Numbered from the stretch's first letter, positions 1-8,495 are shown. The stretch: DNA of 34,887 nt from a virus (IMGVR_UViG_3300035053_000478:1-34887); one strand, 5' to 3'. A program made the numbers and translations. Notes: generated from the letters alone by a model not told the origin.

Positions 1-67
1 CTACCTAAGTCTGAGAAAGATAAGGTAAAGGTATAGTCCGACTCTCACAGTAATGTGAGTCAGTTCG
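1..67 (+). ncRNA. Group I intron, 3' portion (P8, S/P7', P9, omega-G), inserted in the tRNA-Asn anticodon; truncated by window edge
   Basis: P8-like stem TACCT(2-6)/AGGTA(23-27); AAGGTATAGTCCG (28-40) matches the group I S element (AAGAUAUAGUCC); P9 CTCACA-GTAA-TGTGAG (44-59) with GNRA loop; GACT(40-43)/AGTT(62-65) as P9.0; terminal G67 directly before the tRNA exon. Confidence 0.85.
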
Positions 68-1761
68 TAACCAATTTGTCGCAGGTTCGAGTCCTGCCCG
101 GGGAGCCAATTTTGACAACTGTCCGAAACTGGATGGTTTTCGGTTAACGCCTCACTATTATTAGTGGGGCGTTTTACTTTTTGGGCGGTTATATCGGGCA
201 GGGTGCTGGGCAGGATGTCTTGTATCGGCTCGCTTATAAACATGTTCAGCGCAATCTTATCCTCATAGATTACAATATCCTTAATCAATGCCCGAAGGAG
301 GCTTTTCTGGGCTTCAGCAGGGGCTTTATCCATATACTGCATGGCAAAGCGTATATTATGGTGCAAGAACTCGCCAGAATGGGCGTTCATTTGGGCGATC
401 CGCTTCTGGGCTTGCAGTCTGCTTAACTCGCTGTCAACCTGCGCAATTTCGGTTTCAAGGGCGGTCATTTTGTCTTTAAAGGTGGATCCCTGCGGAATGG
501 TGCCGTTCATGGCTAAATCGAGCAGTTTTTGGGATTCATGGCGCAAGGTGTGCAGGTGTTCTTCTTTTTCTTTGGTTTTCGCTTCAAGAGTTTCAAGTTT
601 GACCTGTGATTCAAGGATGGCGTTTCCGATTGCTTTGGTGATCATTTCCTGATCTTTTGAAGCTCGCTTGAAATACTCCACAACCGCCTCATCAAACACG
701 GTGGCAGATATTCTTTTGTTTGAACAGCCGAGGGCCTGTTTCGATCGGTTGCATTCGTAGTAAAAGAATTTTCTTTTGCCACGCCCGCCAGCGAAATTAC
801 ACATCATATGACTTCCGCAATCACCGCATTTTAGTAATCCCGCCAATAAATAACTATATTCCTTTTCCTTTGGCACGAAGTTATGTCCGGGCAGTTTCGC
901 TGTCAGGATTCTGTTGGCACGTTCCCAGAGTTTGTCATCGACTATGGCTTTGTGTGTGCCTTTGTGCATTTCACCGCTGTAGTGAATGTATCCTTTATAA
1001 AATGGATTCTTGATCAAATGGGAGAGGGACTGTCTGCGCCATGCTTTTCCTGTTGATGTTAGCAGTCCACGTTTTTGCAGTTCAAGCCCGATTTCAGTCA
1101 GCGATTTATTATCTGCCGCAAGTTCCCATACGATTTTAAGGATGGGAGCAACTTTTTCGTCCACAATAATTTTATTCGGTTGGGTTCCGTTTGGCAGACG
1201 TTCGCCATCAGGGATGAGTTTGTATCCGTATGGAAGCTGTCCACCGACCCAGCGTCCTTGCCGTACTCTCGCAAGGGCGGAAGCCTTCACACGTTCTCCG
1301 GTTAGTTCCCTTTCAAATGCAGAAAGCAATCCTAAAATTCCAATCACCACACGCCCGATAGCGGTTGAGCTGTCGAGGTTCTCACGCACAGAAATAAAAT
1401 CAATATCATTGTCACGAAACAGATCAATGAGGGAGTAGAGGTCTCTCGGGTTTCTGGTTAAGCGGTCGAGGCGGAAGAAGATGATTCCGTCAAACGACCG
1501 CTTTTTTTTGTTTACGTCCTCAAGGATTTTCTGGATTCCCGGCCGGTTCAGGTCTTTACCGGAAAATCCGTCATCATTTACCACGCCTTTTTTACCGATG
1601 TTTGCCATTTCATATCCGAAGGCATCGAGCATGTTTTTGCAGTGGTGCGCCTGAGCGTCCAGCGTGGTGTAGTCGCCCTGCGCCTGATCATCAGTCGAAC
1701 ACCGTGTGTATATTACATATTGCTTGGTGCCGTCTGATTTTTTGTTATTCGGCATAATCAT
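1..1761 (-). CDS. int: Large serine recombinase (phage integrase)
   Basis: Resolvase catalytic motif YTRCSTDDQ, D.GFSGKDLNRPG, RLDRLTR; recombinase domain (PYGY, NPFYKG); Zn ribbon CGDCG...YYEC...GC; coiled coil. The C-terminal ~36 aa are antisense to the tRNA and intron. Confidence 0.95.
   Translation of the reverse strand: MIMPNNKKSDGTKQYVIYTRCSTDDQAQGDYTTLDAQAHHCKNMLDAFGYEMANIGKKGVVNDDGFSGKDLNRPGIQKILEDVNKKKRSFDGIIFFRLDRLTRNPRDLYSLIDLFRDNDIDFISVRENLDSSTAIGRVVIGILGLLSAFERELTGERVKASALARVRQGRWVGGQLPYGYKLIPDGERLPNGTQPNKIIVDEKVAPILKIVWELAADNKSLTEIGLELQKRGLLTSTGKAWRRQSLSHLIKNPFYKGYIHYSGEMHKGTHKAIVDDKLWERANRILTAKLPGHNFVPKEKEYSYLLAGLLKCGDCGSHMMCNFAGGRGKRKFFYYECNRSKQALGCSNKRISATVFDEAVVEYFKRASKDQEMITKAIGNAILESQVKLETLEAKTKEKEEHLHTLRHESQKLLDLAMNGTIPQGSTFKDKMTALETEIAQVDSELSRLQAQKRIAQMNAHSGEFLHHNIRFAMQYMDKAPAEAQKSLLRALIKDIVIYEDKIALNMFISEPIQDILPSTLPDITAQKVKRPTNNSEALTENHPVSDSCQNWLPGQDSNLRQIGYELTHITVRVGLYLYLIFLRLR
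68..108 (+). tRNA. tRNA-Asn(GUU) 3' exon (tRNA positions 36-76)
   Basis: 41 nt TAACCAATTTGTCGCAGGTTCGAGTCCTGCCCGGGGAGCCA map exactly onto positions 36-76: T-arm GCAGG-TTCGAGT-CCTGC, acceptor 3' strand ending A72, discriminator G73, encoded CCA. U36-A37-A38 with A72/G73 fits bacterial tRNA-Asn. The 5' exon is outside the window. Confidence 0.85.
146..182 (+). terminator. Rho-independent terminator downstream of the tRNA
   Basis: AACGCCTCACTA(146-157)/TAGTGGGGCGTT(162-173) stem with one G-U pair, followed by TTACTTTTT. Confidence 0.65.
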
Positions 1762-1849
1762 AAAGCATCACTCCTTTTTACAACCCCTATAACAACCGTT
1801 TGGACAAGTCAAGCTATATACCCCGGGGCGGAATATCCGTCCATCTACC

Positions 1850-1883
1850 GCATATATACGTATTTTTTTAAGTTTTTGTATCA
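1850..1883 (-). promoter_or_regulatory. Putative phage-sigma promoter facing the integrase
   Basis: Minus strand reads TGATACA-N16-CGTATATATGC, with the same spacing as the two plus-strand copies. Confidence 0.55.
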
Positions 1884-1887
1884 CTGC

Positions 1888-1923
1888 CTGAGACACTTTC
1901 GCCAATTTCTCCGTATGTACGCC
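1888..1923 (+). promoter_or_regulatory. Putative phage-sigma promoter, copy 1
   Basis: CTGAGACACTTT-N12-CGTATGTACGCC; both blocks and the spacing are identical to 2841-2876; lies just upstream of an RBS. Confidence 0.7.
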
Positions 1924-1937
1924 CTGAGGTGAGAATC

Positions 1938-2177
1938 ATGGGCGAAAGAGCTACAAAACAATTTAACAAACGGTTTAAAGGCGGGATCGAGATCCGGTTT
2001 GCGGAAAGTGCTTTAAGCCCGGCAGAGCAGGAGTATCGCAATAAGTGTTTGAGGGAATCGATCACGGCAATCTTTCGGGGATTGCTGGGGCGTGAGCCTT
2101 CGCATGAAGAACTGACCGGGCAGGTAGATATCTCTTTGAATAAAGGGATTTTACGACGCAAGAAAAACCTCCGTTAG
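1938..2177 (+). CDS. Small hypothetical protein divergent from integrase (possible recombination directionality factor)
   Basis: ATG at 1938 after GAGGTG; 79 aa, basic. Function inferred from position only. Confidence 0.6.
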   Translation: MGERATKQFNKRFKGGIEIRFAESALSPAEQEYRNKCLRESITAIFRGLLGREPSHEELTGQVDISLNKGILRRKKNLR

Positions 2178-2272
2178 GCCTCCGTTATGGAGCGGGAGGT
2201 TTCAAAAGCGTAGCATTAAATTGTGCTGGTTCATTGAGAACTCACTTTTTGAAAAAAAAGGAGGAGTCTCTC

Positions 2273-2839
2273 ATGAACCAGAATTACGCAGGACTTTTTG
2301 AAAATTGGGAAATCGGTGTAGCTACAAAAGTTATCCGGGAGTTCAAAGCACAATGGAAATGGCTTCAGCGCATAGACGAAGAAGACTTGCTTCAGGAATG
2401 CCTGACTCACTGGCTATTCAGCCGGGACAGGTTCGATCCGCAAGCAGGCGCAAAGCGCAATACGTTTATGGCTCGGGTTGTTGCCAACAAGTTAAAGGAC
2501 ATTATCCGGGAGCAGTCGAGCGATAAACGCAAAGTCGCTCACCAGAGTTCGTCAATAGACCAGCCCTTAAGTGATGATGAGGAATCTTCCTCATTATTAG
2601 ATGTTCTCGCTTCTGATTCAGATTTCCGCTTACAGGCGGAGCTGAGAATCTCAATCGAACAGACTTTTACGCATTTAACGGAAAACCAGCAGAAGCTGTG
2701 CCGGTGTTTGAGTGAGGGATGCACCAACATGTCGGAACTGGCAACAACGCTAGGTGTTGGGCGTGCAACCGTCTACAGGGAGATTGAGCGTATTAAAGAT
2801 GTGTTTGAGAAACAGGGGCTGAAAGATTTTTTGAAATAG
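2273..2839 (+). CDS. ECF-like sigma-70 family factor
   Basis: Region 2-like EDLLQE...RFDP...TFMARVVANKLKDIIR; region 4 HTH LTENQQKLC...ELATTLGVGRATVYREIERIK; AAGGAGG RBS. Confidence 0.85.
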   Translation: MNQNYAGLFENWEIGVATKVIREFKAQWKWLQRIDEEDLLQECLTHWLFSRDRFDPQAGAKRNTFMARVVANKLKDIIREQSSDKRKVAHQSSSIDQPLSDDEESSSLLDVLASDSDFRLQAELRISIEQTFTHLTENQQKLCRCLSEGCTNMSELATTLGVGRATVYREIERIKDVFEKQGLKDFLK

Positions 2840-2840
2840 G

Positions 2841-2876
2841 CTGAGACACTTTTGAGAAAGGTTACGTATGTACGCC
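2841..2876 (+). promoter_or_regulatory. Putative phage-sigma promoter, copy 2 (replication operon)
   Basis: CTGAGACACTTT-N12-CGTATGTACGCC immediately after the sigma gene stop and before the AAGGAG RBS. Confidence 0.7.
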
Positions 2877-2892
2877 TTGAAGGAGAAAAACG

Positions 2893-3183
2893 ATGCAAGT
2901 TTGCAGATTTAAATTCAAGAAAACCATAAGCCGGGAGCAGATCGAAGAACATATCGCTTTCGCTGTTATTTCAGCGGAATGCACCTTCGGTCAGGCAAAA
3001 GTCCGGCTCAATGCGGCTTATCTGGCCGCAGACAGCAAGGTTGTTATCGATGTTTCAAGCCCTGTTGGTGAACACATCGCCGAGGTGTTTACAGGGCTTC
3101 TTATTAAAAATTACGGCGAACAATCGTTCACGGTTGAAAGGGTACGCAATGAAAGTCATTCAGGGACTGAAAAAAATTTATAA
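2893..3183 (+). CDS. Hypothetical phage protein
   Basis: AAGGAG RBS; 96 aa; first gene of the replication operon. Confidence 0.75.
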   Translation: MQVCRFKFKKTISREQIEEHIAFAVISAECTFGQAKVRLNAAYLAADSKVVIDVSSPVGEHIAEVFTGLLIKNYGEQSFTVERVRNESHSGTEKNL

Positions 3184-3256
3184 GCGCATGAGCTGGTACA
3201 ACCGCATGAAGTTCAGAGAGGCGAACTTTAAGGAATTGAAAAGGAGCAGGAAGTGA
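3149..3256 (+). CDS. Small basic hypothetical peptide (35 aa)
   Basis: Fills the gap; stop overlaps the helicase GTG start (GTGA). Confidence 0.4.
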   Translation: MKVIQGLKKIYKRMSWYNRMKFREANFKELKRSRK

Positions 3257-4677
3257 AACTTTACAGACACCAGAAAGAAGCAATTGAGTTTGCGATTCAA
3301 AATGACGGTTGCTGTGCTTTCTTTCACGACCCCGGGTTGGGAAAGACACGCACAGGACTTGAGGTATTCCGTCATTACAGAATTGCCGATCCGAAGTTGC
3401 GTCTTCTGGTTGTATGTCCGCTTTCGCTGGTCAATTCAGCGTGGGGTGAGGATATAAAGAAATTCACGGATTTTTCTTATCTTCCTTTTAAGGAGCTGAA
3501 GAAAGCAAAACAGCTTCCGGACATCGTGGTCATTAATTATGAAGCGCTCATTTCAAAAAAGAATTTGCCGGTCATCGAATCGCTTATCTGGAAGTACAAC
3601 TTCATGTGCATTCTCGATGAGAGTTCCCGCCTGAAAAACAACAAGAGCGTTACCACTAAAACACTTCTTAAGCTTTCAGAGTATTTCCGTTACCGCATTG
3701 TGGCTTCAGGTACGCCGATGCCAAACAGCGAGCTTGAGCTGTGGGGGCAAATGAATTTTGTTGAAGCAGAGCTACTGCATAAATCCTTTTATGCGTTTCG
3801 CAATACCTATTTTCACTTAGAGCGTAACGGAATTATGCGCCGTGGCAGTGCTTATATGAGTAAAGACGAATTGCGGGAGATATTCAGCGAAGGCTGGAAG
3901 TATGCCATTACCGATGAGAGCCGTGAACTTCTCATGAGTGAGATCAAACCTGTGACGCACTGGGTGAAGAAGGAGGAGGCGCTGGATTTACCCGAGAAGG
4001 TTGACGAGACACGGGAAGTCGCACTCTCTGCGCAGGAGCGTCAGGCGTACAAGGAAATGGAGAACATGCTCATCACGGAGGTTGATGGCGTTGAGGTCAG
4101 CGTTCAGATTGCTCTTTCAAAACTGATGAAACTCAGGCAGGTCACGGCGGGCTTCCTTTATTCAGAGGATGGCGTTCCGCTTCCTATCGGCAAATCTTCA
4201 AAAATTAAAGAACTTGAGAACGTGCTGGAGGAGCTTGGCAAACAGCAGGTCATCATCTGGGTTCAATTTCATCACGAGGTGCGTGAAATCGAGAAACTGG
4301 TGCGTGAGAAGTTCGGCAAAGTCGTGACGCTGTATTCAGGGACAAAGGATCGTGAAGAATCGATCAGGCAGTTTAAGGAAAACGAGGCACAGTATCTGAT
4401 CGCTCATCCCCGCTCAGCCGCTCACGGGCTTACGTTTATCAACTGTTCAGCAATGGTGTTTTTCAGTCTGGACTATTCATATGAGGCTCACGCTCAGGCT
4501 CGTGACCGTATTCACAGAATCGGTCAGACGGCGAGCTGTCTGTACGTGTATCTGGTGGCAACAAACTCAATTGATGAAGAACTTTTGCAGGTACTGCAAC
4601 GCAAAAAATCATTACAGGACGTGGTGTATGGGATTGTCAGAAACAAGGCTAAAAGAAAAAGTTCTCGCAATGCTTAA
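3253..4677 (+). CDS. SNF2-family (SF2) helicase
   Basis: DPGLGKT (motif I), VVCP, ILDESS (II), ASGTP (III), AHGLT (V), QARDRIHRIGQ (VI). Confidence 0.93.
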   Translation: MKLYRHQKEAIEFAIQNDGCCAFFHDPGLGKTRTGLEVFRHYRIADPKLRLLVVCPLSLVNSAWGEDIKKFTDFSYLPFKELKKAKQLPDIVVINYEALISKKNLPVIESLIWKYNFMCILDESSRLKNNKSVTTKTLLKLSEYFRYRIVASGTPMPNSELELWGQMNFVEAELLHKSFYAFRNTYFHLERNGIMRRGSAYMSKDELREIFSEGWKYAITDESRELLMSEIKPVTHWVKKEEALDLPEKVDETREVALSAQERQAYKEMENMLITEVDGVEVSVQIALSKLMKLRQVTAGFLYSEDGVPLPIGKSSKIKELENVLEELGKQQVIIWVQFHHEVREIEKLVREKFGKVVTLYSGTKDREESIRQFKENEAQYLIAHPRSAAHGLTFINCSAMVFFSLDYSYEAHAQARDRIHRIGQTASCLYVYLVATNSIDEELLQVLQRKKSLQDVVYGIVRNKAKRKSSRNA

Positions 4678-4936
4678 AAAGGAGTTTCGAGATGTGTGGG
4701 TTTACAAAACTGCGGATAGATGGAAATCAGGGATACCCGATGTCCTTGTGTGCAAAGAAGGACGCTTCTTTGCGGCTGAACTCAAAGTCGGGAAAAATAA
4801 AGCTACGAGGTTACAGCTTAGCGTTCTTAGAAAGATTCAACGTGCCGGCGGGCGTGTGGCTGTGTGTCGTAGTGTGGATCAGGTCAGGAATTTACTTAAT
4901 AACGAAGGAGGTGATTTAGATGATCAAGATCGGTGA
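4634..4936 (+). CDS. VRR-NUC domain nuclease (Holliday junction resolvase-like)
   Basis: GIPD...AELK...LQ PD-(D/E)xK pattern; start (TTG 4634 or ATG 4628) uncertain. Confidence 0.85.
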   Translation: MSETRLKEKVLAMLKKEFRDVWVYKTADRWKSGIPDVLVCKEGRFFAAELKVGKNKATRLQLSVLRKIQRAGGRVAVCRSVDQVRNLLNNEGGDLDDQDR

Positions 4937-5105
4937 AAAACTTCTCGTCGCTGTAAAGGTCACGAGCATTATCGAGACCGAAAGCGGAATTTGTTACGAA
5001 GTATCGCCCTTAGGCAAGGACAGGTATTACCAGTCAATGAAGGTCATTGCTGAGGATATTCAGTCCTGTCTGGGACAGGAACAAGAAGGAGGAAAAAAGA
5101 AATGA
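4920..5105 (+). CDS. Hypothetical protein
   Basis: GGAGGTG RBS; overlaps both neighbours. Confidence 0.7.
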   Translation: MIKIGEKLLVAVKVTSIIETESGICYEVSPLGKDRYYQSMKVIAEDIQSCLGQEQEGGKKK

Positions 5106-5503
5106 ATAAAGAAGCTGAGAGAGATTTGCTCTGCCGTTTCAAATGCGCTAAAGAACGCCGGGATCAGATGAAGGAAGCGTTAAAACAGGCGCAGGAGGAA
5201 TTCGAGCAGGAGGAATCACGGCTCATTGAGTTTCTGGAAGGAAACAGTGCGATATCAACTGCCAAGTATGAAGGTATCGGATACGCACAGATTCAGAAAC
5301 CGAGACTTTATGCGAGCTGTCGGCAGGAGGATTTAAACAGGCTTTTTGATTTCCTTAAAGAACAGGAACGTGAGGATCTTATCAAAACGACTGTCATGCC
5401 GCAGAGCCTTTCGAGTTTTACGAAAGAACGCATAGAGGAGGGCTTGGAGGTTCCGGAGTTTATTAGTTACTACTTAAAACCGTCAATCAGGCTTTACGCC
5501 TAG
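5102..5503 (+). CDS. Hypothetical phage replication-module protein (N-terminal coiled coil)
   Basis: GGAGG RBS; ATGA overlap with the previous gene. Confidence 0.8.
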   Translation: MNKEAERDLLCRFKCAKERRDQMKEALKQAQEEFEQEESRLIEFLEGNSAISTAKYEGIGYAQIQKPRLYASCRQEDLNRLFDFLKEQEREDLIKTTVMPQSLSSFTKERIEEGLEVPEFISYYLKPSIRLYA

Positions 5504-5518
5504 AAAAGGAGGCATGAC

Positions 5519-6235
5519 ATGTCTAATGAAATCACAAAAACAAATACCGCATTAATGCAACAGGATAAGGTTCAGAGAGGTTTTGAATCCGGTGTTGATC
5601 AGGAGGACTTGATCATACCACGTGCGAAACTGATTCAGGCGTTATCGCCTGAAATGCAGGAAGGCTTGGAAGGAATAAAGGTTGGCTCGATCATTAATTC
5701 GCTGACAAAAGAAAAACTGCCCGATGAGTTTATTCCTGTCTTTGCTTTTAAGAATTACATCCGTTTCAATCCCCGCAGTAAAGATGACCCGAATTTCGAT
5801 CCGGCGTTTGAGCCGGGAGCGATCATCTGGCGTTCAACTGATCCGGCAGATCCGCTGGTTCAGGAGCAGACAAAATTCGGACCCAATGGCGAGAAGCCGG
5901 TTGCGACAACGTTTCTCAACTTTTTCTCGTTCTTTCCGGGTGTCGCAATGCCGGTGATTGTGAGCTTTTCAAAAACGAGTTACCGCACCGGTAAACAGCT
6001 TTTATCGCTGGGTAAGTTTTGCGGAGGAGATATGTTTTCCCGCAAATACAAGCTCACTTCTCAGATGGAGACAAATGACATCGGCACATACGCAGTATTT
6101 AAGGTTGTGCCGTCAGGTGGAGCGTCACCGGATGAGTATGCGGTTTGCGAGCGGTTGTGGAATGAGTTTTCCGCAAAGGCGGGCGACATTCAGGTTCATG
6201 TTGAGGAATCTTCCGAAGAAGAAAGACCGTATTAA
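5519..6235 (+). CDS. Putative ssDNA-binding/annealing protein
   Basis: AGGAGG RBS; GFE...DLIIPR.KLIQALSPE N-terminus; acidic tail ending EEERPY; precedes the primase. Confidence 0.6.
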   Translation: MSNEITKTNTALMQQDKVQRGFESGVDQEDLIIPRAKLIQALSPEMQEGLEGIKVGSIINSLTKEKLPDEFIPVFAFKNYIRFNPRSKDDPNFDPAFEPGAIIWRSTDPADPLVQEQTKFGPNGEKPVATTFLNFFSFFPGVAMPVIVSFSKTSYRTGKQLLSLGKFCGGDMFSRKYKLTSQMETNDIGTYAVFKVVPSGGASPDEYAVCERLWNEFSAKAGDIQVHVEESSEEERPY

Positions 6236-6243
6236 ACACAATT

Positions 6244-6282
6244 CAGGGGTGGGGATCGTCCGTCCTCACCCCTGTTCTATTT
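6244..6282 (+). terminator. Strong hairpin / possible attenuator before primase
   Basis: CAGGGGTGGGGA(6244-6255)/TCCTCACCCCTG(6263-6274) 12-bp stem followed by TTCTATTT. Confidence 0.55.
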
Positions 6283-6295
6283 GAAGGAGCTGTTT

Positions 6296-8491
6296 ATGGG
6301 AGTACCTGTTCAATTACAAAATGACAGGTACGGTTTTCTTAAACTTCGGGGGCAGACAAAGATTCCGGCTGAGCCGGGATGGCAGAAGAAACCGTACCGT
6401 TTTAAAGATATAGAGCCGTGGATCGGCACAGGCAACAATTATGGCGTTATGGGTGGCGAAGGCGGATTGATTGTTTTAGACGCCGATAAAAGCCGTATTA
6501 GCGAGATTGCCGATGTTGATTTGCCACGAACATTTGCCGTGCGTACGCCACGGTGCGGTCATCATTACTATTTTCTTTGCCCTGATATAAAACGGAAGAT
6601 TGTTTTAAAAACAGAAAAGGATCATTTCGGCGAGATCATTTCGCACGGCGCTCAGGTAGTCGGGTGCGGATCGATTCATCCGGATACAAAGACGCCTTAC
6701 GAGATTTACCGTGATGAGGGCATTGTCGAGATATCGCAGGAGCAGATATTTTCTGTTCTGGCGGAATATTTGATCAGTGAGCGGCAGATGTACGAAAGGA
6801 TCAAGCCAGAGGATCTGGACATCATGACCGTGCTTAATCAAACAGGTGTTGAGGTCAAGAAGCTTGGCAATCAATACACCTGTGCTCATCCGGTTCACGG
6901 CTCAACAGGAGGGGCGAATCTTGTTATTCATCCGCAGAAGAATGTTTGGAAATGTTTTCGCTGTAATACAGGGGGCGGAACGCTTCTTTTGATTGCGGTT
7001 ATTGAAGGGATTGTTGACTGTGCTGACGCAAAATCGGGAGTGTTGCGTGGCGATCTGTTTAAGAAAACAGTCAAGATCGCTGAGGAGAAATACGGGTTTA
7101 AGGTGCAGAAGCAAAGCGGTATTTCCGTGCCTTCAGGGTTGTGGAATGACGAGTGGAACGCAAAGAGGCTTTTAGAGCGTCATCGTGAATGGATACGCAA
7201 CTGCGATAATCTCGGGGGCTGGCATGTATGGAATGGCAAGGCGTGGATTGTTGATGAAGTGCATTCGATTACTGCTCTTGCCCGGGATACGGTCAAGACG
7301 TTTTACGATTATCTGCATGGGATGGATGAGGATGCGCAGAAAGCGTTTATTAAGCATATCCGTTCATCAGGAAATGAAGCAAAACTCAAAGCAATGGCAA
7401 ATGTCGCACGGAGCTGGCCGAACGTTTCAGTCCGCTCGGATGATTTTGATTCTAATCCATATTTGCTTAATTGCCAGAACGGTGTCATTGAATTAAAGAC
7501 CGGCAAACTGATTCCCCACGCTCCGGATTTGCTTTTAACGAAGATTTGCAACACGTATTACGATTCAAGCGCAACGTGCCCGGAATGGGACAAGTTTTTA
7601 AACACGATATTTCAAAAGAATGAGAAGCTGATCGCATTTATTCAGAAAGCGGTCGGGTACGGATTAACCGGAGATGTGTCGCAACAGATTTTCTTTATTC
7701 TGCACGGTGACGGTGCAAACGGTAAATCAACCTTTGTGGAGACCATTTATAAAATTTTAGGCGGTTACGCCGCAATAACGCCTACCGCAACGCTGATCGC
7801 AAAACGTGGAAACGAGATTCCCAATGATGTCGCACGTTTAAAAGGCGCACGTTTCATTATTTCATCAGAGCTTGAACGTTCCAAACTTCTGGATGAAGCA
7901 CTGGTCAAGCGGTTTACAAGTGAAGAACCGATATCAGCTCGCTTTTTAAGGCAGGAGTTTTTCGAGTTTAAGCCTACCGGCAAGATTTTTCTTTCCACGA
8001 ATTACAAGCCCACTATCAGAGGAACGGATGACGGGATCTGGAGGCGTATTCGCCTGATACCGTTTGATCATAAATTTGAAGGCGCAGAAAGGATTGAGAA
8101 TTTTGCCGAGAAGTTTCTGCTTCCCGAATTGCCGGGTATTCTCGCATGGGCTGTGCGTGGATTTTTACGTATGCAAAAAGAAGGAATGAAACCGCCGGAC
8201 ATTGTAATGAGCGCAACGGACGAATACAAATCAGCGGAAGACGGAGTGGGTGCGTTTTTGGAGGAGTTCTGCGAGCTTAAGGATTACATGACGGTTTCTG
8301 TTTCGGATTTGTACGAAGCATTTAAGGAAAATTCAGACTTTTACATGAAGAAAAAAGACTTCAACGATTATCTGGAAAAGCACGGATACAAGAAAGAAAG
8401 GCTCACATCAGGATATCAGAAAGGCAGATTTATCTGGAAAGGTATCGGATTGTGCGGAAATTCGGAGGGCGAAGATGCGAGACCGTATTAA
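6296..8491 (+). CDS. Primase-helicase: Prim-Pol domain + Zn finger + D5_N + SF3 (P4-family) helicase
   Basis: NYGV...LIVLDAD...RTP..GHHYYF (Prim-Pol); HPVHGS...WKCFRC (Zn-binding); Walker A GDGANGKST; STNYKP, GIWRR. AAGGAG RBS favours ATG 6296. Confidence 0.92.
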   Translation: MGVPVQLQNDRYGFLKLRGQTKIPAEPGWQKKPYRFKDIEPWIGTGNNYGVMGGEGGLIVLDADKSRISEIADVDLPRTFAVRTPRCGHHYYFLCPDIKRKIVLKTEKDHFGEIISHGAQVVGCGSIHPDTKTPYEIYRDEGIVEISQEQIFSVLAEYLISERQMYERIKPEDLDIMTVLNQTGVEVKKLGNQYTCAHPVHGSTGGANLVIHPQKNVWKCFRCNTGGGTLLLIAVIEGIVDCADAKSGVLRGDLFKKTVKIAEEKYGFKVQKQSGISVPSGLWNDEWNAKRLLERHREWIRNCDNLGGWHVWNGKAWIVDEVHSITALARDTVKTFYDYLHGMDEDAQKAFIKHIRSSGNEAKLKAMANVARSWPNVSVRSDDFDSNPYLLNCQNGVIELKTGKLIPHAPDLLLTKICNTYYDSSATCPEWDKFLNTIFQKNEKLIAFIQKAVGYGLTGDVSQQIFFILHGDGANGKSTFVETIYKILGGYAAITPTATLIAKRGNEIPNDVARLKGARFIISSELERSKLLDEALVKRFTSEEPISARFLRQEFFEFKPTGKIFLSTNYKPTIRGTDDGIWRRIRLIPFDHKFEGAERIENFAEKFLLPELPGILAWAVRGFLRMQKEGMKPPDIVMSATDEYKSAEDGVGAFLEEFCELKDYMTVSVSDLYEAFKENSDFYMKKKDFNDYLEKHGYKKERLTSGYQKGRFIWKGIGLCGNSEGEDARPY

Positions 8492-8495
8492 GTTG

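Noticed and set aside
59-75. Reading TT-CGT-AA as an intact tRNA-Thr(CGT) anticodon loop
   Set aside because: GTCAG (59-63) does not pair with CCAAT (71-75), there is no D-arm or 5' acceptor strand, and the upstream sequence fits a group I intron 3' end.
1786-1812. Sigma70-like promoter for integrase (TTGACT...TATAGG, minus strand)
   Set aside because: The spacer is only 15 nt, so support is too weak to list.
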